From Octopus sinensis (lineage: Eukaryota), in NCBI RefSeq assembly GCF_006345805.1, contig NC_042999.1, positions 163,122,001 to 163,186,000 on the forward strand: a DNA stretch of 64,000 nt, written 5' to 3'. A model generated the notes under the pieces. That model made no database searches. It saw nothing but the letters and a program-made list of their open reading frames with translations, and was not told the DNA's origin. Positions 1 to 12,058 of this stretch are shown in pieces. The position numbers and the translations under genes were made by a program. Within the stretch, counting starts at the first letter, position 1; the number at the start of each line of letters is the position of its first letter.

Positions 1-1326
1 AAAGGTGCTATCACGGTGGTGGAAGTGCAGGATGCGATGGCTGGATGCTTGAGGGACAAATTGCTGGGTTTGGATGGTCTGCCCTACGAGCTTTATAGTT
101 TTATGCCAGTCTTGTTTGGAGATATCTTGGCAGTAGAACAGGAGCATCCCAGTTTTGTGAGCCGAGGAGCTGTAACGCTGCTGAAGAAAGATCCCAACAA
201 GGGGGATGTAATAGATAACTTTAAGCCCATCACTCTGCTCAGTGCAGATTTGAAAATTTTGGCCAAGGTTTTAGCCAAGAGGTTGGTGCTTGTCATTGAG
301 AAACTGGTCAACAAGGTGCAAACATGTGCCGTGCTGGCTGGAGCATCCATGACAACCTCCATCCGATGCGCTACATCCATTGACAGGGTAGTTAAGGAAC
401 TTGGCATGGATGGGGCCCTGATCAATTTGGATCAATCCAAAGCTTTCGATAGAGTAGACCATCGATACTTGAAGGTTGTTCTCATAGCAGCTGGTTTTGG
501 TCCCGTCTTCCGCAGCTGGATGTCTGCCTTGTACAAAGGCATCTGTTTGGTAATTCGCATGAATGGGCATCTATCGGGACCTTTCAACATTGCACGTTCG
601 GTCCGTCAGGGATGCCCCCTCATGTTGCTTCTGTACATATTGACACTTGAGCTACTGCTGCAGAAGCTGGCGATGCTGAGGGGCATCCCGTGAGGACTGG
701 GGTGCAGCACAAGCATGTCCGCATACGCGAACAACATCATCACCATAGTATCTCGCCACAAGCACAGTGAGCTGGTCGGCAAGATACTGAAAGATTACGA
801 AGTGGTGATGGGAGCAAAAATCAACCTGGAAAATTCAGTGGGCTTGCAGCCTGACTGTCGTGCTTTGTCCCGACCCTACCATCAAACAGGAATGCATCCT
901 CTTGTGGAAAGGAAGCGTTCTGATGGTCAGGTGATCTGTTTGCTGCCAACAGGATGGCTGGGCATGCCATGGTTGATGATGTGCAGACACGCACTGAGAC
1001 TGTGAGATCTCCGGCTCAACATGGTGGACAGGTGTGGTTGCCATTTGTGCGGCGTGCTTTCCTGCAGCTCGTCTCCTTGACCAAGCTGCAGTTGTGGATC
1101 AAGAAGTGTTGAATTGCTCTTGAGCAACTGCATCAAAACCAAAGCATTCTATAAGGAATTAGTGGAGGGGAGGTATGACGACGATCTTCAGGTGAACCTG
1201 GGCGTCAACGAGGAATACCTGACCTGCCTGTTCAAGACGACTTTAGGGCTAGGGCCTATGGACAACTTCCAGAGATCCCTGGCTTGGCAATGCTATCGAG
1301 AAACATCTCCGACATCTAAAACGTAG
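1..1326 (+). mobile_element. Degraded L1/Tx1-clade non-LTR retrotransposon, RT region and C-terminal part (frameshifted)
   Basis: ORF 16..693 has RT motifs KILAKVLAKRL, LDQSKAFDRVDH and SVRQGCPL. The next frame gives AYANN (degenerate YADD). Broken into several frames. Confidence 0.85.
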
Positions 1327-1512
1327 GAATCTGAAAAAAACTTTTCAAAAAAATGCATTTTCTAAGGAGAGGTGCAAAACTGCATTTGCCCCGATTTTTT
1401 GCAACTTCATTCCCTGCCTCCAATTGTTTCTGTTATAATTTATCTAGAGTGATTTCAATAAGAGGCATGTAAAAAGGTGATTTATTTTGATAGCATGATT
1501 TTCTGTTAGAAA

Positions 1513-1522
1513 ATGTCTTTTT

Positions 1523-1563
<41 letters not shown>

Positions 1564-1646
1564 ACACTCACACACACACACACACACAGACACTCACACA
1601 CAACACACCACACACTCACACACTCAACACACACACACACACAACA

Positions 1647-1690
<44 letters not shown>
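1513..1690. repeat. (CA)n microsatellite, interrupted
   Basis: Read directly from the sequence. Confidence 0.95.
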
Positions 1691-1694
<4 letters not shown>

Positions 1695-1845
1695 CCTCAC
1701 TCGTTTGGGTGTGAGTAAAAGTTTTAATAACCATTTTTTCCTATTTCTTTGCTTGTATCCCAGCAATGGACTATGCGTTTGTAACTTAGGCTTCATCATT
1801 CTATAAAATGTTTTTATAGAGAGAAAATTTTGAAGAACATCAATA

Positions 1846-2258
1846 GGCGCAGGAGTGGCTGTGTGGTAAGTAGCTTGCTAACCAACCACATGGTTCCGGG
1901 TTCAGTCCCACTGCGTGGCATCTTGGGCGAGTGTCTTCTGCTATAGCCCCGGGCCGACCAATGCCTTGTGAGTGGATTTGGTAGATGGAAACTGAAAGAA
2001 GCCTGTCGTATATATGTATATATATATGTGTGTGTGTGTTTGTGTGTCTGTGTTTGTCCCCCTAGCATTGCTTGACAACCGATGCTGGTGTGTTTACGTC
2101 CCCGTTACTTAGCGGTTCGGCAAAAAAGAGACCGATAGAATAAGTACTGGGCTTACAAAGAATAAGTCCCGGGGTCGATTTGCTCGACTAAAGGCGGTGC
2201 TCCAGCATGGCCGCAGTCAAATGACTGAAACAAGTAAAAGAGTAAAGAGTAAAGAGAG
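1846..2258 (+). mobile_element. tRNA-derived SINE family B (CORE-like centre, internal (TA)n(TG)n, GAGTAAAA tail)
   Basis: Head GGCGCAGGAGTGGCTGTGTGG...GGTTCAGTCCC with A/B-box-like motifs and a CORE-like CTTGGGCRAGTGTCTT. At least 10 similar copies in the window. Confidence 0.85.
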
Positions 2259-4656
2259 ATGTGAGAGGGAGGTCTTGGGATGTGCTAGAAACAACAGCCT
2301 CCCTTAAATCACACATTTTCCTCTGAAATTATTAACAATTTATTTTTTTTAAACTGAAAATGTTTCCCTCATGGGTTTTAAGTGTGTAGTAAAAAAAAAA
2401 TTAAAATTAGCCAAAATCAATCTGAATTGCAGTGGCAGGAGTGAAAAAAATCATAAATTTCTCAAAATTTTTTTCCTATTTTCGTAAAAAGATGCCTCCC
2501 ATCATTCCGAAGACTGTGCTGAAAAAAAAATTGGAAAAAATCCTCATCAAAATGGAGTAATTCTAACTTAAGTGGGCTGTCTAACCCAAAATTCCTTTCT
2601 CCAGAAACTACCCCCATCCGCCCCTTCTAAAAAGTTTTGCCCACAGATTTCTTTGTAATCCTAATCTATACTGTTTGACAGGTATTTGCATAAAATTTCA
2701 TTAAAAAATACCCATTTTCCTGAAAGTTATGTGGGGGGAAAATGTCACATCATGTGAATTTTCTGAAACTCCTCTCAACCCCTCAGAAACATTTTCCCCA
2801 AAAAACTTTTACATACACACAATCTACGTGATTATTTACATACACACAATCTAAGTGATTATTTGTTGAAAATTTCGTTTGAAAGTATCCGTTTTTCTGG
2901 AAGTCATGAGGCAACAAATTCACAGGGAACGGGGGCACATCTGTAGTTATGCCTATATATTTAAAATCCACAGAAGACAGAGATTTTATGACATCTTTAA
3001 TAACCAGTTACAATTGTTTCTGTACCAACTCTGCTTTCAACAACAGTTCAAGCTTAAGTTCCAAATGAAGAGTTTATGTAGTATTAGCAGTTTTAAACAA
3101 TAGAATGGCATTTCTTCAGACCTACATCAAAAGTGCGTTCTTAGATTGTGCAAGCCCTGGAATTATACTCCTTTCTGACCTTGTGCCCTCCCTTTGAAAA
3201 ATTCCTGGAACCACGCCTAATCTGTGTATGTATGTGTGTGTGTATATATATGCGTGTATCTGTGCATGTATATATATATATATATGCCTATATCTGCATG
3301 CATGTGTGTATATATATATCTGTATCTATAAAAGGTATGATGTGTGTGTGTAATTTATGCACGTCCACAAATTAGCTCGCATGTCGCTCCAATTTTAGGA
3401 GGATATTCTTCAACACCCTATCTGGGTTTTGTCAACTTATTTTTTCCCGATGCACCCACAGATAGCGGTAAAAGTCTATTTTCAGCCATAGCTTTTAGTG
3501 GTAAAAATCTATCTTCAGCCATAGCTTTTTGACGGCGTCTAACAAAAAAAAAAAAACAAGATAAAGAAAAATGGAAGAGAGACAGAGAGTTTCACAGCGT
3601 CTAAACAAAAAAAAGGGAAAGACAAAGTGAGAGAGAAAGAGAGTAAGTGACGACGTTCATAAAAAATAAAATGTAAAATGTTTTGTTTTTTTAAACACGA
3701 GATATAGTGTTCAAATTCAGGATGTTTTTGAAAGACACTATATTTTATAATCATAGTATATATACTTTCTCACACAACAATTACAATATATCTATTTTAA
3801 ATCATTTATTTATTTTAAATCGTTCATCTTTCTCTCCCCTCTCTCTCACACACATTACTTTGGGTGTGAAAGAGTTTTGTTTTTATTTTATGCCGAGTAA
3901 AAAAGTGTTTTGTTGAGAATCCATTTATTTAACAACAAAGAAACAAAGACGTAGGTAACAGTTTGTCAGTGAATTACACAATATAAATGGGTACAATTTG
4001 CGAGGCTTCCACCACACCCCACTCTGTTTCACAGACCACAAAAAGGGTTTTGTAGCATATTAGGGGGCCAGAGTAGTTGATTCCACGCAAAAAAAACGAT
4101 TTTTTTCTTAGTGAAAATTGTGCAAGTGTTAATCTACAAATTTAACAACTCAGCGCTACCCGTATATATAACGTCGTCCAACTAGAAAGAGAGACATATC
4201 GTATGACAACAGTGTGTATTTCCCTTGTCTTCTTTAAACTTTCTGTGACCGTATGGGGCCAGAGATCAAGTGCCTACAGTCATTAATAATCGTGCTCCTT
4301 GACAGGACAAAGGAAATCACACTGACTTGAACAACTGGAGCGCTGGTTCAATTCCAACTAATGGAACAAGGGGCATAATGTTTTTATTTGTCTGCATTAT
4401 TTTTCCGTTTGTAACAATATATATGCATATCTCTATATCTTTATATGTGTATATATGTATATGTGCATATATATGTTTGTGGCTGTGTGGTAAGAAGCTT
4501 GCTTCCCAACCACATGCTCTGGGTTCAGTCCCACTATGCAGGACCTTGGGGAAGTGTTTTCCATCAGAGTGTCAGGCCAATCAAAGCCTTCTGAGTGGAA
4601 TTGGTAGATGGAAACTGAAAGAAGGCCCTTGTGTCTCTTTGTGTATCATTATTATG

Positions 4657-5408
4657 ATCATCATCATCATTTAACGTATGTTTTCCATGCTAGCATGGGT
4701 TGGACGATTTGACTGAGGGCTGGCGAACCAGATGGCTGCACCAGGCTCCAATCTGATCTGGCAGAGTTTCTACAGCTTGATGTCCTTCCTCACACCAACC
4801 ACTCCGAGAGTGTAGTGGGTTTTTTACATTCCACCGGCATGAAAGCCAGTCAGGCGGTACTGGCAATGGTCATGCTCAAATGGTGTTTTTTAGGTGCCAC
4901 CTGCACAGGAGCCAGTCCAGGGGCACAGGCAACGACCTCGCTCAAATGTTTTTTCATGTGCTACCGGCACGGAAGCCAGTGAGCTGCTCTGGCAACGATC
5001 ACAGTCAGATGGTGCTTCTAGCGCTCCACTGGCATGGGTGCCAGTCATCGAATTCAATTTGATTTCGATTTCACTTGCCTCAACAGGTCTTCACAAGCAG
5101 AGTTTAGTGTCCAATGAAGGAAAGGTATGTATAACAGGGCTAGTTACACCCCTGGCATAGGCCACAGGTTATGGTCTTACTTGGCTTGTTGGGTCTTCTC
5201 ATGCACTGTACATTTCCAAAGGACTCGGTCACCAGTCATTGCCCCGTGAGGCCTAATATTTGAAGGACATGCTTCACCACCTCATACCAGGTCTACCTCT
5301 TCCACAGGTTCCCTCAACTGCTAGGGTGTGGCACTTTTTCACACAGCTATCCTCATCAATTCTCACCACATGACTATACCAGCGCAGTCGTTTCTCTTGC
5401 ACACCACA
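4657..5408 (-). mobile_element. RTE LINE 3' fragment (ORF end, 3'UTR, (ATG)n tail)
   Basis: Translates to RLRWYSHVVRIDEDSCVKKCHTLAVEGTCGRGRP. The 3'UTR and tail match other copies in the window. Confidence 0.8.
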
Positions 5409-5433
5409 CACATAAATACAGAGTGTAAGTACC

Positions 5434-6272
5434 TTGAGAGAAAAGTTGGACCTAAGAAGCATCAGCTGTGGTGTGCAAGAGAGATGATTGCGCTGGTATT
5501 GTCATGTGACAAGAATGGATGAAGATAGTTGTGTGAAAAAGTGCCAATCCCTAGCGGTTGAGGGGAAACCGTGGAAGAGGTAGACCCAGGAAAACCTGGG
5601 ACGAGGTGGTGAAGCATGACCTTCGAACTTTAGGCCTCACCGAGGTAATGACTAGTGACCGAGACCTTTGGAAATATGCTGTGCGTGAGAAGACCTGGCA
5701 GGACAAGTAAGTCCATCCCGTGTCCTTTGCCAGGGATGTAGCCAGCCCACTTATGCATGCCTTTCCTTCCTTGGACACGCGAAGACCTGTTGAGGCAAGT
5801 GAAGTTGAAATCGAATTCGGAATCGAACCTCATCTGACGACTGGCACCCATGCGAACCTCCCTTCATTGGACACTAAACTCTGCTTGTGAAGACCTGTTG
5901 GGGCAAGTGAAATCTGAATTGAAATTGAACCAACCCTATGACTGGCACCCAGCAGTTGTCAGGGCCGCTGGACTGACTCCTGTGCAGGTGGCAAGTAAAG
6001 AAACACGGTTTCGACCCTGTGCTTGAAGAGATCCATTGAGTAAAGTACACCAACATCAAAAATCAATGGAAACTGCAGTTGTGATCCCTGTGCCGGTGGC
6101 ACGTAAAAAGCACCCACTACACTCACAGAGTGGTTGGCGTTAGGAAGGGCATCGAGCTGTAGAAACACTGCCAGATCAGACTGGAGACTGGTGCAGCCTT
6201 CTGGCTTCCCAGACCCCAGTTGAACTGTCCAACCCATGCTAGCATGGTGAACGGACGTTAATGACGATGATA
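5434..6272 (+). mobile_element. RTE LINE 3' fragment, head-to-head with the previous copy
   Basis: Same family in the opposite orientation, with the GGTTGGCGTTAGGAAGGGCATC motif and an (ATG)n tail. Confidence 0.8.
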
Positions 6273-6368
6273 TATATATATACATATATGATGATGATGA
6301 TATATATATATATATACACATATACATGCATTCATACATATATGTGCATATATATATATATATATATA

Positions 6369-6585
6369 TGGTTAATCAAAAAACGAAAACACCAAGAGAA
6401 AACACAACAACGCAAGGACGTGGAACAGATATAGTATTATTGGACGCTCTGGAAGGAAGGGAAGAAGGACGGTTTTACGTTTAGAGCGGAGCTCTTCTTC
6501 AGAAACATAGGAAAAGGAAAGATCCAGAGAAGGGAAGACAGAGGTAAAAATTTCGCCAACAGTACACACACGGTCACATTTTGAC
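6369..6585 (-). mobile_element. Penelope-like (PLE) pLTR-type fragment with a degenerate hammerhead (6472-6506)
   Basis: Minus strand reads GTTT-CTGAAGA-A-GAGC(tcc)GCTC-TAAA-CG-TA-AAAC, with G12 changed to U. Flanked by (TA)n. Confidence 0.6.
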
Positions 6586-6621
6586 ACATATATATATATG
6601 TGTGTATATATATATATATAT

Positions 6622-7154
6622 ATACAGTTTGTGTATCAAATAGCTAACTTAAGGCGATGGCCTCATGGAGCTAATAAGCGGACAGCTTTTTTCTTATTTT
6701 TATAAGAATGCCATATTAGTATGGCGATAACTATTATTTTCCGGGAACGCTGCCGCTGTTCTCTTTTAGAGAGACTTAGTTATTTTAATATTTCTATTAT
6801 TGAAAACAAGTGGATGTATTCCACCGAAACTAGGTAAATAAAACCATCGAACAGAGATTGTCGGAAGCGACACCTACTGGCTGGCTACGCTGCATTGAAA
6901 AGGGGCAATACCCCGAAACGCGTCTGTAGCTGCCGGTCAAGTAGTGTGGAGCGACTGACCTCCCTTGTTCGAAGGTTATATGGATACAGTTTGTGTATCA
7001 AATAGCTAACTTAAGGCGATGGCTTCATGGAGCTAATAAGCGGACAGCTTTTTTCTTATTTTTATAAGAATGCCATATTAGTATGGCGATAACTATTTTT
7101 TCCGGGAACGCTGCCGCTGTTCTCTTTAGAGAGACTTAGTTATTTTAATATTTC

Positions 7155-7158
<4 letters not shown>
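6622..7158 (+). mobile_element. PLE pLTR-like partial tandem, 362-bp unit, about 1.5 copies
   Basis: 6622-6983 is repeated from 6984 to about 7158. Contains a hammerhead fold and is flanked by (TA)n. Confidence 0.7.
6889..6930 (+). ncRNA. Type I minimal hammerhead ribozyme, U3-A8 core variant
   Basis: GCTGCA-TTGAAAA-GGGG(caata)CCCC-GAAA-CGCG-TC-TGTAGC. Stems I and II are intact, helix III is palindromic, and the cleavage triplet is GUC. Confidence 0.7.
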
Positions 7159-7196
<38 letters not shown>

Positions 7197-7392
7197 GTGG
7201 TGTGTGTGTGTGTATATATATATGTGTGTGTGTGTGTATATATATATATGTGTGTGTGTGTGATATATATATGTGTGTGTGTGTATATATATATATGTGT
7301 GTGGTGTATATATATATATGTGTGTATATATATATATATGTGTGTGTGTGTGTATATATATATATGTGTGTATATATATATATATGTGTGTG

Positions 7393-7425
<33 letters not shown>

Positions 7426-7458
7426 ATATATATATATGTGTGTATATATATATATATA

Positions 7459-7501
<43 letters not shown>

Positions 7502-7695
7502 ATATATATATATGTGTGTATATATATATGTGTGTGTGTGTATATATATATGTGTGTAATATATATGTGTGTGTATATATATATGTGTATATATATATAT
7601 GTGTGTATATATATATGTGTGTATATATATATATATGTGTGTATATATATATATATGTGTGTATATATATATATGTGTGTATATATATATATATG

Positions 7696-7732
<37 letters not shown>

Positions 7733-8001
7733 GTGTGTATATATATATATATGTGTATATATATATATATATGTGTGTATATATATATGTGTGTGTGTGT
7801 TATATATATATATATATATGTGTTATATATATATATAATATATGTATATATATATGTGTATATATGTATAATATATATTGTGTATATATATATATATATA
7901 TGTGTGTTGTATATATATATATGTGTGTGTGGGTGTGTGTATATATATATATATGGTGTATATATATATGTGTGGTGTATATATAATAATATAATATATA
8001 T
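7158..8001. repeat. Long compound (TA)n/(TG)n microsatellite
   Basis: Read directly. The six-frame ORFs here are low-complexity artefacts. Confidence 0.95.
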
Positions 8002-10683
8002 ATCATCATCATCATCGTTTAAACGTCCGTCTCCATGCTAGCACGGGTTGGACGGTTCGACCGGGGATCTGGGAAGCCAGAAGGCTGCACCAGGCTCCAG
8101 TCTTATCTGGCAGTGTTTCTACAGCTGGATGCCCTTCCTAACGCCAACCACTCCCGTGAGTGTAGTGGGTGTTTTTACGTGCCACCTGCACAGGTGCCAG
8201 GCGAGGCAGGCAACGGCCACGGTCGGATTGGTGTATTTTATGTGCCACCGGCACGGAAGCCAGACGAGGCGGAGCTGGCATCGGCCACGAGTCGGATAGT
8301 GCTTTTTACGCCACGAGTCGGATAGTGCTTTTTACGTACCACCACACCAGGGATCCTGGCTGGTTCAATTCGATTTCGATTTCGCTTGCCCCAACATGTC
8401 TTCGCAAGCAGGGGGTTGGCATGGGTGCCTGTCGTCGGATGAGGTTCTATATCGACTTCGCTTGCCTCAACAGGTCTTTGTGTCCAAGGGAGGAAAGGCA
8501 TTCATAAGTGGGCTGGGCTCACTTGTCCTGCCTGGTCTTCTCACGTACAGAATATTTCCAAAGGTCTCGGTCGCTGGTCATTTCCTCAGTGAGGCCTAAA
8601 GTTCGAAGGTCGTGCTTCACCACCTCGTCCCAGGTTTTCCTGGGTCTACCTCTTCCATGGGTCCCTCAACTGCTAAGGATTGGCACTTTCTCACACACCT
8701 ATCTTCATCCATTCTCGCCACATGACCATACCAGCGCAATCGTCTCTCTTGCACACCACAACTGATGCCCTTAGGTACAAAATTCTCTCAAGGTGCTAAC
8801 GCTGTCGTCGAGTATGTACACTGACATTACACATCCATCGGAGCATACTGGCTTCATTCCTCACGAGCTTACGCATGTCCTCGGCAGTCAGGCCCATGTT
8901 TCTTTCACTGCCATGTAGCATGGCTGTTCGTACACACGCATCATACAGTCTGCCTTTTATCCTCTCTGAGCGAGAGGCCTTTAGTCACCAGCAGAGGTAA
9001 GAGCTCCCTAAACTTGCCCAGGCTATTCTTATTCTAGCAGTTACACTTTCAGCGCACCCACCCCCACTACTGACTTGGTCACCTAGATAACGGAAGCTAT
9101 CAACTACTTCTAGTTTTTCCCCTTGGAAAGTGACGGAAGTAATTTTCTGCAGATTTTCGGAGGTTAATGCTTCTGAGATCTGCCACATACAAAAAGATCT
9201 TCCCAGTTAGCCTTCCTTTGACATTGCTGCACCTCTTATGTGTCCATAGCTTACACTGGGTACATCTTATAGAGTTTCTACTACACCTTTTCTACAGATC
9301 GAGCAGGGCCATCTCCTGAAGACATTTGTGGATTGTCTACCTTCCTACTTATTAGTACTTTGGTTTTAGCTAGGTTGACTCTAAGGCCCTCGATTCTAAA
9401 CCCTCCTTCCACACCTGGAACTTCTCCTCCAGCTCTGATAGTGACTCAGCAATAAGAGCAAGGTCGTCAGCGTAGAGGAGCCCAGGGACAACCTGTCTTG
9501 AATTCCTCCGTAATTGCCTGGAGGACTTGATAAATAGGAGGGGGCTGAGTACTGAACCCTGGTGGACCCCAACCTCTACTTTGAATTCTTCTGTGTACAT
9601 GTTGCCCAACCCTAACCTTACTTACAGCATCTCTGTACATGGCTTCACAGTCCTCACCAGCCATTCATCTATCCCTAGTTTCCTCATTGACCACCAGATA
9701 AGGGATCGGGGACCCTATCAAAAGCTTTCTCCATGTCAACAAAAGCCAGGTACAGGGGTTTATTTGGCTAGGTATTCTCCTGCAGCTGCCTTACCAGAAT
9801 ATAGCATCAGTGGTGCTTTTCCCTGGCACGAACCCAAACTGCATCTCATCTAAACTAACTCTCTCTCTAATTAGTTGGGCTATGACCCTCTCCGTAACCT
9901 TCATTACTTGATCAACAGCTGATACTTCTGTAATTATTTGTATCTAGGGCATCACCTTTACCTTTGTAGCAGTTGACTAGTATGCTGCTACACAGTCATT
10001 GGGTATGACTCCTTCGTGTATCACCGGTTGACTATACGGGTGACTAGGTTATAGCCGACACCGCCAGATATTTGGAGCATCTCTGCAGTAATTCCTGATG
10101 GGCCTGGGCTTTCCCTGTCTTCATGCTTCTAATTGCCTTAGTACCTAACCACGTAACTCTCAACTCGGATAGTGGTCCCTCTGTTGGGTCAACATTCGGC
10201 AGACTCTCTTTATCCCATTCATTTTCTTTATTCAGCAACCTTTCATAGTGGCATCTCCAAACCTCTCTCTTTGCATCCTCATTTAGCGCAAGTGAACCAT
10301 CATCCATGCGAACACAATCTCTCCTACCACATCACGATTCTCTCTCACCACATTGTCTTGCAACACGAAATACCTCAAGTCTTTCATCCTCACGGCTCAG
10401 AACATTGGCAAATTTTTCTTATCCGCTTCCCTCTGGCTGTCTGCTAGCTTCCCTGGCTGTCTGATACAGTCCCTGCTACCACCGTTCTTCCAGTCTTCCA
10501 AGTGTCTCTTTTGTCTAATAGCCCTGTCGACACAGAGTTCCACCCACCATGTTACTCTGGGTCGAGATGGTACTTGCTCCATCCACAGATCTGGTCAGTG
10601 GCTGTCAGCAGATTGTCCACAGAAATCTCCAGTTGCCTTCCACATTAAGTGAAGCTATATCCCCTTCTATTTCGTCAAGGCTT
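8002..10683 (-). mobile_element. 5'-truncated RTE LINE, about 2.7 kb, frameshifted
   Basis: Fragments SRPRVTWW, DAKREVWRCHYERLLNKENEW, GVHQGSVLSPLLF, LLYADDL and EVVDSFRYLGD, then a 3'UTR and an (ATG)n tail at about 8002. Confidence 0.9.
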
Positions 10684-10738
10684 AAAAATATGGAACGCTT
10701 CACGAATTTGCGTGTCATCCTTGCGCAGGGGCCATGCT
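10684..10738 (-). pseudogene. U6: U6 snRNA 3' half (55 nt), 5'-truncated, fused to the RTE LINE
   Basis: Minus strand reads AGCATGGCCCCTGCGCAAGGATGACACGCAAATTCGTGAAGCGTTCCATATTTTT, identical to the conserved metazoan U6 3' half as I recall it. Confidence 0.95.
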
Positions 10739-11227
10739 GTGTATATATATATATGCGTATATATATGCGTATATATATATATATATGCGTATATATATAT
10801 ATAGGTATATATATATAGTGTATATTATATATATTATATATATATATGCGTATATACTATTATATATGCGTATATATATATATATATATATGCATATATA
10901 TATATATATATGCGTATATATATATATATATGCGTATAATATATATATATATGCGTTATATATATATATAATTTAATAAAATAATATATATATGCGTATA
11001 TATATATATATATATGCGTATATATATATATAAATATGCGTATATATATAATAGATTATGCGTATATATATATATGGTATATATATATATATATATGCGT
11101 ATATATATATATGCGTATATATATATATATATGCGTATATATATATATGCGCTATATATCTATATTATATATGCGTTATATATATGCGATATATATATAT
11201 ATATTATGCGTAATATATATATATATA
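10739..11227. repeat. (TA)n array punctuated by GCG
   Basis: Read directly. Runs into the assembly gap. Confidence 0.95.
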
Positions 11228-11327
11228 NNNNNNNNNNNNNNNNNNNNNNNNNNNNNNNNNNNNNNNNNNNNNNNNNNNNNNNNNNNNNNNNNNNNNNNNN
11301 NNNNNNNNNNNNNNNNNNNNNNNNNNN
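11228..11327. other. Assembly gap (100 N)
   Basis: Run of N. Confidence 1.
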
Positions 11328-11527
11328 TTATAATTTTTTTCGGGAAAAAAACTTTATCAATGGCCAGCATATCAAAAAATGCCTTTGAAGGTAAAATTTA
11401 TACATAATTTACATGTTAAGGGCAGAAGAAAAATTCTAATACCAGATACGCCGAAACAAGAAATTGTCGATAACCATTAAATTTACGTGTCTCGAAACAA
11501 ACCGATAGAAATCTCTAAAAAATTTGT

Positions 11528-11593
11528 TATTACCTTATTGGTCCAATTTCGGGGTTAATTCAGAAGAAATTTTCCCCTCTTCAGCGGCAAATA
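11528..11593 (-). ncRNA. Type I hammerhead ribozyme, copy 1
   Basis: TTGCC-G-CTGAAGA-GGGG(19 nt)CCCC-GAAA-TTGG(A)CCAA-TA-A-GGTAA. All core nucleotides are canonical, with a G.A mismatch at the base of stem I. Confidence 0.75.
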
Positions 11594-11992
11594 CGCGAGA
11601 TATAAATGAAATACTTACTCATACCCATGGAAGAAGCAAGCACCAAGTCCCGAGCAGACTTAAGTACCCCAAATATATCCATAATAAAAAAATCTTCGGC
11701 GCACCTCGAGACATGTGTGATTCGAACTAGAAACTTTCACAGAGTGATAGAATCCGGAAGTGAACACTAATCTATTTATAATTAATATAGGATAAAATTT
11801 TTTTTGGGAAAAATTTTTTGTCAATGGCCAGCATATCAAAAAATGCCTTTAAAGGTATAATTTATACATAATTTACAAGTTAAAGGCAGAAGAAAAATTC
11901 TAATGCCAGATACGCCGAAACAAAAAAATTGTCGATAACCATTAAATTTACGTGTCTCGAAACAAACCGATAGAAATCTCTAAAAAATTCGT

Positions 11993-12058
11993 TATTACCT
12001 TATTGGTCCAATTTCGGGGTTAATTCACAAGAAATTTTCCCCTCTTCAGCGGCAAATA
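11993..12058 (-). ncRNA. Type I hammerhead ribozyme, copy 2
   Basis: Same as copy 1 except for one substitution in loop II (12028). Confidence 0.75.

Noticed and set aside
7197-8041. Long ORFs of 120-279 aa over (TA)/(TG) arrays, and similar ones at 10734-11407, 61431-61700 and 62466-62926
   Set aside because: Low-complexity translations of microsatellites.
11453-11468. GAAA-CAA(GAAA)TTG-TC, resembling hammerhead helix III plus a GUC site on the + strand
   Set aside because: No CUGANGA or matching stems I and II in any topology nearby.
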